Positions 57,996 to 64,000 of a DNA stretch of 64,000 nucleotides are shown here, piece by piece. This stretch comes from Octopus sinensis. Its lineage: Eukaryota. The stretch spans positions 22,692,001 to 22,756,000 of the forward strand of contig NC_043014.1 of assembly GCF_006345805.1 (NCBI RefSeq), in the 5' to 3' direction. The notes under the pieces were generated by a model. It ran no database searches, was not told where the DNA came from, and worked only from the letters and a program-made list of their open reading frames with translations. The position numbers and the translations under genes were made by a program. Within the stretch, counting starts at the first letter, position 1, and every line of letters starts with the position of its first letter.

Positions 57996-60900
57996 TGGCT
58001 GTAACACACGAAACACAAACCTCAGGATGAAAAATATCAGCTAAGATATATTTAAGTTTCCGACCTGTTTCCTCCTTTCATTGTTTTTTGCAAGTATTAT
58101 TATCACCATCAAGCCTTATTGTTTCCCCTTTTATTATCGTTATCGTTGTCTTTCGTCTCAAATGCTAGCTGAAGCATTTCTCCACAACATATAAACTTTC
58201 ACTCACAGAAACTTATTCACATGACCGCAAAACATTTCGTCTCAGATCTGGTCTTTCTGTCGCTTAAATTTGTACCCCATCTTTCCCAACTTTCACTCAT
58301 AGAAACTTATTCACACGACCGCAAAGCATTTCGTCTCAAATCTTGTCTTTCTGTCGCCTAAATCTCATCTTTCCAAGTGCGCGGTGCGCCCGCCCTCCCG
58401 CCCTCTCCACCTGTACCAGAAGTCCTTATCTCACCTTGTCTTCCTTTGCTTTTCTTCCATGAACACCTAAAGGCCTTAAGCCAATACCATCCCTTCTATA
58501 TAAGGTTGTGACCATACGGCGCAAAACATGATAGTGTGGTGTAGCAGGTTGAACTTAAGATCATTGCTTTGCTTATGAATTCTGCCAAATGCGAGCTTTC
58601 TTCTTTTCAGGTACATGACGCTTAGGGGGTCCCTGGGCCTCTAGGGCCCATACCTTCCACACCCTCAAGGTGGGCACCCTCAACGTTGGCACACTGAAAG
58701 GTAGGTCTGGCGAGATAGTCGAGATGCTTGAACGGAGATGTGTTGATGTATGTTGCATGCAAGAAATAAGGTGGAGAGGAGGATCTGCTAGGTTCCTCAC
58801 AGGCAAGGAACACAGGTACAAGATTTTCTGGGCAGGGAACACTGACGGGGTTGGTGGCGTGGGTATACTTATCGCTGAGAAATGGGTAGATAAAGTAATT
58901 GAGGTAATCAGAGTAAGTGACAGAATACTTAAGATTAGAATAGTGCTTCATAATAGATTAGCAACCAGGGCTACCCGATGGACAGAAAGACAGTTTCTAT
59001 GACACCCTACTGCAGACCACCTCATTGACGAATGACAGGGACCTTCTCTTTGTGGCTGGTGATTTCAATGGGCATGTTGGACGACATGCTGGGGGCTTCC
59101 ATGGCGTACATGGAGGGAACCAGGCTGCTGGAGTTCTGCGATGCGAATAGTCTTATGGTTTGCAACACTAACTTCAGGAAACCGACAAGCCACCTGGTCA
59201 CCTACCGATCAGGCCGGCATACTAGCCAAATCGACTACATCCTTGCCAGAAAAAGGGAAAGATGGCTGCTTATAAATGCCAAAACCTTCCCAGGCGAATA
59301 ATGCACCCCACAACATAGACTGGTAGTTAGTGACTTTAGGATCAGGACTAAGAGGGCGACTAGAAGATGACCAACATGGAGAAGAAGGGTCTGGAAGCTT
59401 AAAGACCCTGCGAATGGACAGAGATTTAGAGACATGTTACTTGAAGCCTTTGACGAAATGGAAGGGGGTATAGCTACGCATGGGGTAGAAGACAACTGGA
59501 CGCTTCTGAGGGACAACCTGCTGAAAGCCAAAGATCAGATCTGTGGCTGGTGCAAAGTCCCCTTAAGACCTAAAATAACGTGGTGGTGGAACAATATTGT
59601 TGACAGGGCTATTAGACAAAAGAAACAGGCTTGGAAGGCCTGGAAGAACGGTGGTAGCAGGGAAGTGTATCAGACTGCCAGAAGGGAAGCTAGGAGACAG
59701 GTCTATCTAGCCAGAGGGGAAGCAGATAAGAAAAAATTTGCCAATGTCCTGCGCCGTGAGGATGAAAGACTTGAGGTATTTCATGTTGCAAGACAGTGTG
59801 TGAGAGAGAATCATGACGTGGTAGGAGAGAAATGTGTTCGCAAGGATGATGGTTCACTTGCGCTAAATGAGGATGCAAAGAGAGATCTTGAAGACGCCAC
59901 TATGAAAGGTTGCTGAATGAGGAAAATGAATGGGATAAAGAGAGTCTGCCGAATGTTGACCCAACAGAGGGACCAGCAATCCGAGTTAACAGTTCCTTAG
60001 TAGTTAAGGCAATTACAAGCATGAAAACAGGGAAAGCCCCAGGCCCATCAAGAATTACTACAGAGATGCTCAAAATATCTGGTAGTGTCGGCTATAGCAT
60101 AGTCACCCGTATAGTTAACCAGGTGATACACAAAGGAGTCATACCCAATGACTGGTGTAGCAGCATAATAGTCAACTGCTACAAAGGTAAAGGTGATGCC
60201 CTAGATACAAATAACTACAGGGGCATCAAGCTGCTGGATCAGGTAATGAAGGTTACGGAGAGGGTTATAGCCCAACTAATTAGAGAGAGAGTTAGCTTAG
60301 ATGAGATGCAGTTTGGGTTCGTGCTAGGGAAAAGTACTACTGATGCTATATTCCTGGTAAGACAGCTGCAGGAGAAATACCTAGCCAAAGATAAGCCCTT
60401 GTACCTGGCTTTTGTTGACATGGAGAAAGCCTTTGACAGGGTCCCCCGATCCCTTATCTGGTGGTCAATGAGGAAACTAGGGATAGATGAATGGATAGTG
60501 AGAGCTGTGCGAGCCATGTACAGAGACGCTGCTAGTAAGGTGAGGGTTGGCACAGAGTACAGTGAAGAATTCAGGGTAGAGATTGGGGTCCACCAAGGTT
60601 CAGTCCTCAGTCCCCTCCTATTTATCATAGTCCTCCAGGCAATAACGGAGGAATTCAAGACAGGATGCCCCTGGGAGCTCCTCTATGCTGATGACCTTGC
60701 TCTAATTGCTGAGTCACTATCAGAACTGGAGAAGTTTCAGGTGTGGAAACAAGGTTTAGAATCGAAGGGCCTTAGAATCAACCTAGCCAAAACCAAAGTC
60801 CTAATAAGTAGGAGGGTGGACCAATCACAAACGACTTCAGGTAGATGGCCCTGCTCGATCTGTAAAAAAAGGTGTAGGTAGAAACTCTATAAGGTGCACC

Positions 60901-62176
60901 AAGTGTAAGCTATGGACACATAAGAGGTGCAGCAATGTCAAAGGAAGGCTAACTAGGAAGATGGTTTTTGTCTGTGGCAGATGCTCAGGAGCAATAAACA
61001 CTGGAAATGTGCAGAGACCAACTTCTACCATGTTCCAGGGAGACAAACTAGAAGTAGTTGATAGCTTCCGCTACCTAGGTGACCAAGTCAGTAGCTGGGG
61101 TGGGTGTGCTGAAAGTGTAACTGCTAGAGTAAAAATAGCCTGGGCAAAGTTTAGAGAGCTCTTACCCCTGCTGGTGACAAAAGGCCTCTCGCTCAGAGTA
61201 AAAGGCAGACTGTATGATGCATGTGTACGTACAGCTATGCTACATGGTAGTGAAACATGGGCCGTGACTGCTGAGGATTTGCGTAAGCTCGCAAGAAATG
61301 AAGCCAGTATGCTCCGATGGATGTGTAATGTCAGTGTTCATAATCGACAGAGTGTAAGTACCTTGAGAGAAAAGCTGGACCTAAGAGGCATCAGATGTTG
61401 TGTGCAAGAGAGACGATTGCGCTGGTATGGTCATGTGGCGAGAATGGATGAAGATAGGTGTGTGAAAAAGTGCCACACCCTGGCAGTTGAGGGGACCTGT
61501 GGAAGAGGTAGACCCAGGAAAACCTGGGGTCGAGGTGGTGAAGCACGACCTTCGAACTCTAGGTCTCACCAAGGAAATGACCAGAGACCGAGACCTATGG
61601 AAGTATGCTGTGCGTGAGAAGACCCAGCAAGACTAGTCAGGCCATAACCCGTGGCCCCTACCTGGGACGTAGTCAGTCCACCTGTGCATACCTTCCTTCT
61701 TGTGACACTTGTGAAGACCTGTTGAGGCAAGTGAAAATCAAACCAAATCAAAATAGATGAACATCAATGGAATTTGTATCTTTGTGGTACCAGTGCCGGT
61801 GGCACATAAGAGGACAATCCGAACGTGGCCGTAGCCAGTACCGCATCGACTGGCCTCCGTGCTGTGGGCACGTAACAAACACCATCCAATCATGGCTGTT
61901 CGCCAGCCTCGTCTGGCACCTATGTCGGTGGCACATAAAAAACACCATCCGAGCGTGGCCATTTGCCAGCCTCGTCTGGCACCTGTGTCGGTGGCACATA
62001 AAATCACCCACTACACTCTCGGAGTGGTTGGCGTTAGGAAGGGCATCCAGCTGTAGAAACACTTTAGATCCGACTGGCCTGGTGCAGCCTTCGGGCTCCC
62101 CAGACCCCAGTTGAACCGTCCAACCCATGCTAGCATGGAAAGCGGACGTTAAATGATGATGATGATGATGATGATG
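57996..62176 (+). mobile_element. RTE-clade LINE copy B (PHD-containing family), apparently full length with 5'UTR; frameshifted, with a deletion in APE
   Basis: GTLNVGTL at 58670, all RT motifs, PHD at 60852-60984, 3'UTR and (GAT)n tail; both boundaries are fixed by the interrupted host element. Confidence 0.93.
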
Positions 62177-63420
62177 ACAAAGACCAGCAAAGACAAGTCC
62201 ACCTGAATAGTGACATGTCAGAGCCGTTTCCAATCAATAACAATGTGAATCAGGGCTGTGTCCTAGCACCAACTCTCTTCAGCATCTTTTTTAGCATGAT
62301 GCTCAAGTAGGCCACTGCAGACCTCAACACTGAAGACAGTGTCTACATCAGGTATCGTCTGGACAGCAGTCTTTTCAACATCTGGCACCTTCAGGCCCAC
62401 ACCAAGACTCAAGAGCAATTTATCCAGGACCTCCACTTTACAGATGATGCCACACTTATCACACACGCAGAAAGAACCCTGCAGTGCACACATCCTGCTT
62501 TGTAGAAGCTGCCCAGCTCTTCGGGCTGGAAGTAAGGTTAAAAAAGACTGAAGTCCTACACCAACCAGCTCCTCAGGAAGAGTACAAGATGCTCCATATC
62601 ACCATTACTGAAACAGAATTGAAAGTCAGTACAGCCATTCACTTATCTTGGATGTACCATTTCATCAGATGTGAGTATTGACAAAGAAATTGACAACAGA
62701 CTTGCAAAGGCAAACAAAATATTTGGCAGAATGCACAAACGTGTATGGAATAATAAGTATCATAAGATCAACACAAAAGTCAGAGTTTACAGGGCTGTCA
62801 ACCTCACAATGCTTATATATGGCTCTGAGTCCCGGGTCCCCTATCGCTGTCATTGCAGGCTCCTTGAACGTTTTCATCAACACTGCCTTCATACCATCCT
62901 CAACATCTACTGGAGTGACTACATCATCAACACTGAGGTCCTCGAGCAAACAAAGATCACCAGCCTGGAAGCCATTTTACTTGAGACACGACTATGTTGG
63001 ACAGAACACATTGACAGGATGAAAGACTACCCAAGATCATCATGTACGGTGAGCTCACCACTGACCACTGCAACAAGGAGGAACCAAAGAAGCATTACAT
63101 GGACTGCCTGAGGCAGTCCATTAGCATTTGTGATATTGATTATCGTGAGTGGTCCACTCTAACAGCTCACCGTGCTGCTTGGCACCATACCATCAGTGAT
63201 GCTGTTTTCTCCTTTGAGATCTCTCACAGTGCTTCTCTTGAAAACAAACGTCAGAGGCAAAAAAATAATGCAGCTGCATTATCAAACTCTGGACAACCTT
63301 ACCTCAGTCATCATTGCAATCAGATATGTTGATCCCACATCGGCCTTATCAGCCATGAATGAGCGTGCAGATGACAAAGAAAACAATCTTCCTATCTTCA
63401 TCACCGAAGGCAAGAATTTA
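62177..63420 (+). mobile_element. Old BovB-like RTE, right half
   Basis: Resumes (H)KDQQRQVHLNSDMSEPFPINNNVNQGCVLAPTLFS; FTDD, KKTEV, LIYGSE; 3' end resembles 47898-47940. Confidence 0.85.
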
Positions 63421-63726
63421 CTTTAATTACTTTACTTTCTCTTTTTATTCTCTCTTGTTTTTTGTTAACATTAAGGATGGTCATCTAGCATCTTAATTTA
63501 TACAAAGCAACATATCTTTATTTTTACTGACCAAAGCCAACCAAACTAATTTTTGGTTTCCATACAATGTATAAAATGTAAAGATAAAATTTTGTACATG
63601 TATTTGCAGTTGAATCCTTGGCATAACCATGATGTTTTGGAGATCTGATAAACTAGCTTTATTTGCATTGATTTGTGAATATATAATTGTATTGTATGAT
63701 TCATAGCATGTATATTAATGCAAATC

Positions 63727-64000
63727 ATCATCATCATTTAACATCTACTTTCCATGCTGGCATGGGTTGGATTGTTTGACAGGAGTTGACTAGGCAGAAG
63801 ACTGCACCAGGCTTCAGTGTCTATTTTGGCAAGGTTTCTACAGCTGGATGCCTTTCCTAACATCAACCACACCACAGAGTGGACTGAGTGCTTTTTATGC
63901 AGCACCATCTCAAGTGAGGTCAATTCTAGCATGGTTTTTACCTCTGGGTGCTCTTCCAAATGGAAACCACTTTACAGTGTGGACTGGGTGCTTTTTATAT
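63727..64000 (-). mobile_element. Older, diverged RTE 3' stub
   Basis: CATCATCAT...CCATGCTGGCATGGGTTGG...CAGCTGGATGCC. Confidence 0.7.

Overview
This is an AT-rich eukaryotic window made almost entirely of transposable elements and (TA)n/(CA)n microsatellites, and I could not support any host gene. The repeat families look cephalopod/Octopus-like, which is an inference. Most ORFs in the supplied track are microsatellite read-through (Y/I/H runs). The content is: two Penelope-like elements (PLEs; one with an open 641-aa RT+GIY-YIG frame) plus several orphan pLTR pieces; two CR1-type LINE families; two young copies of an RTE LINE and many 3' stubs of it; a BovB-like RTE (one young copy, one old copy split by a nested insertion); a decayed Gypsy-like element; an R4/Dong-like fragment; an internally deleted mariner; Helentron-like non-autonomous elements; tRNA/CORE-like SINEs; and two ORF1-like remnants. 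Three observations stand out. (1) There are at least seven sequence-distinct type I hammerhead ribozyme (HHR) motifs, several in miniature non-coding elements with inverted ends and several with non-canonical cores. (2) A complete C4HC3 PHD finger is inserted inside the RT domain of the RTE family. (3) A CR1 ORF1 fuses a Myb/SANT(trihelix)-like domain to a CCCH finger. All folds and alignments were done by eye, and none of this has been database-checked.
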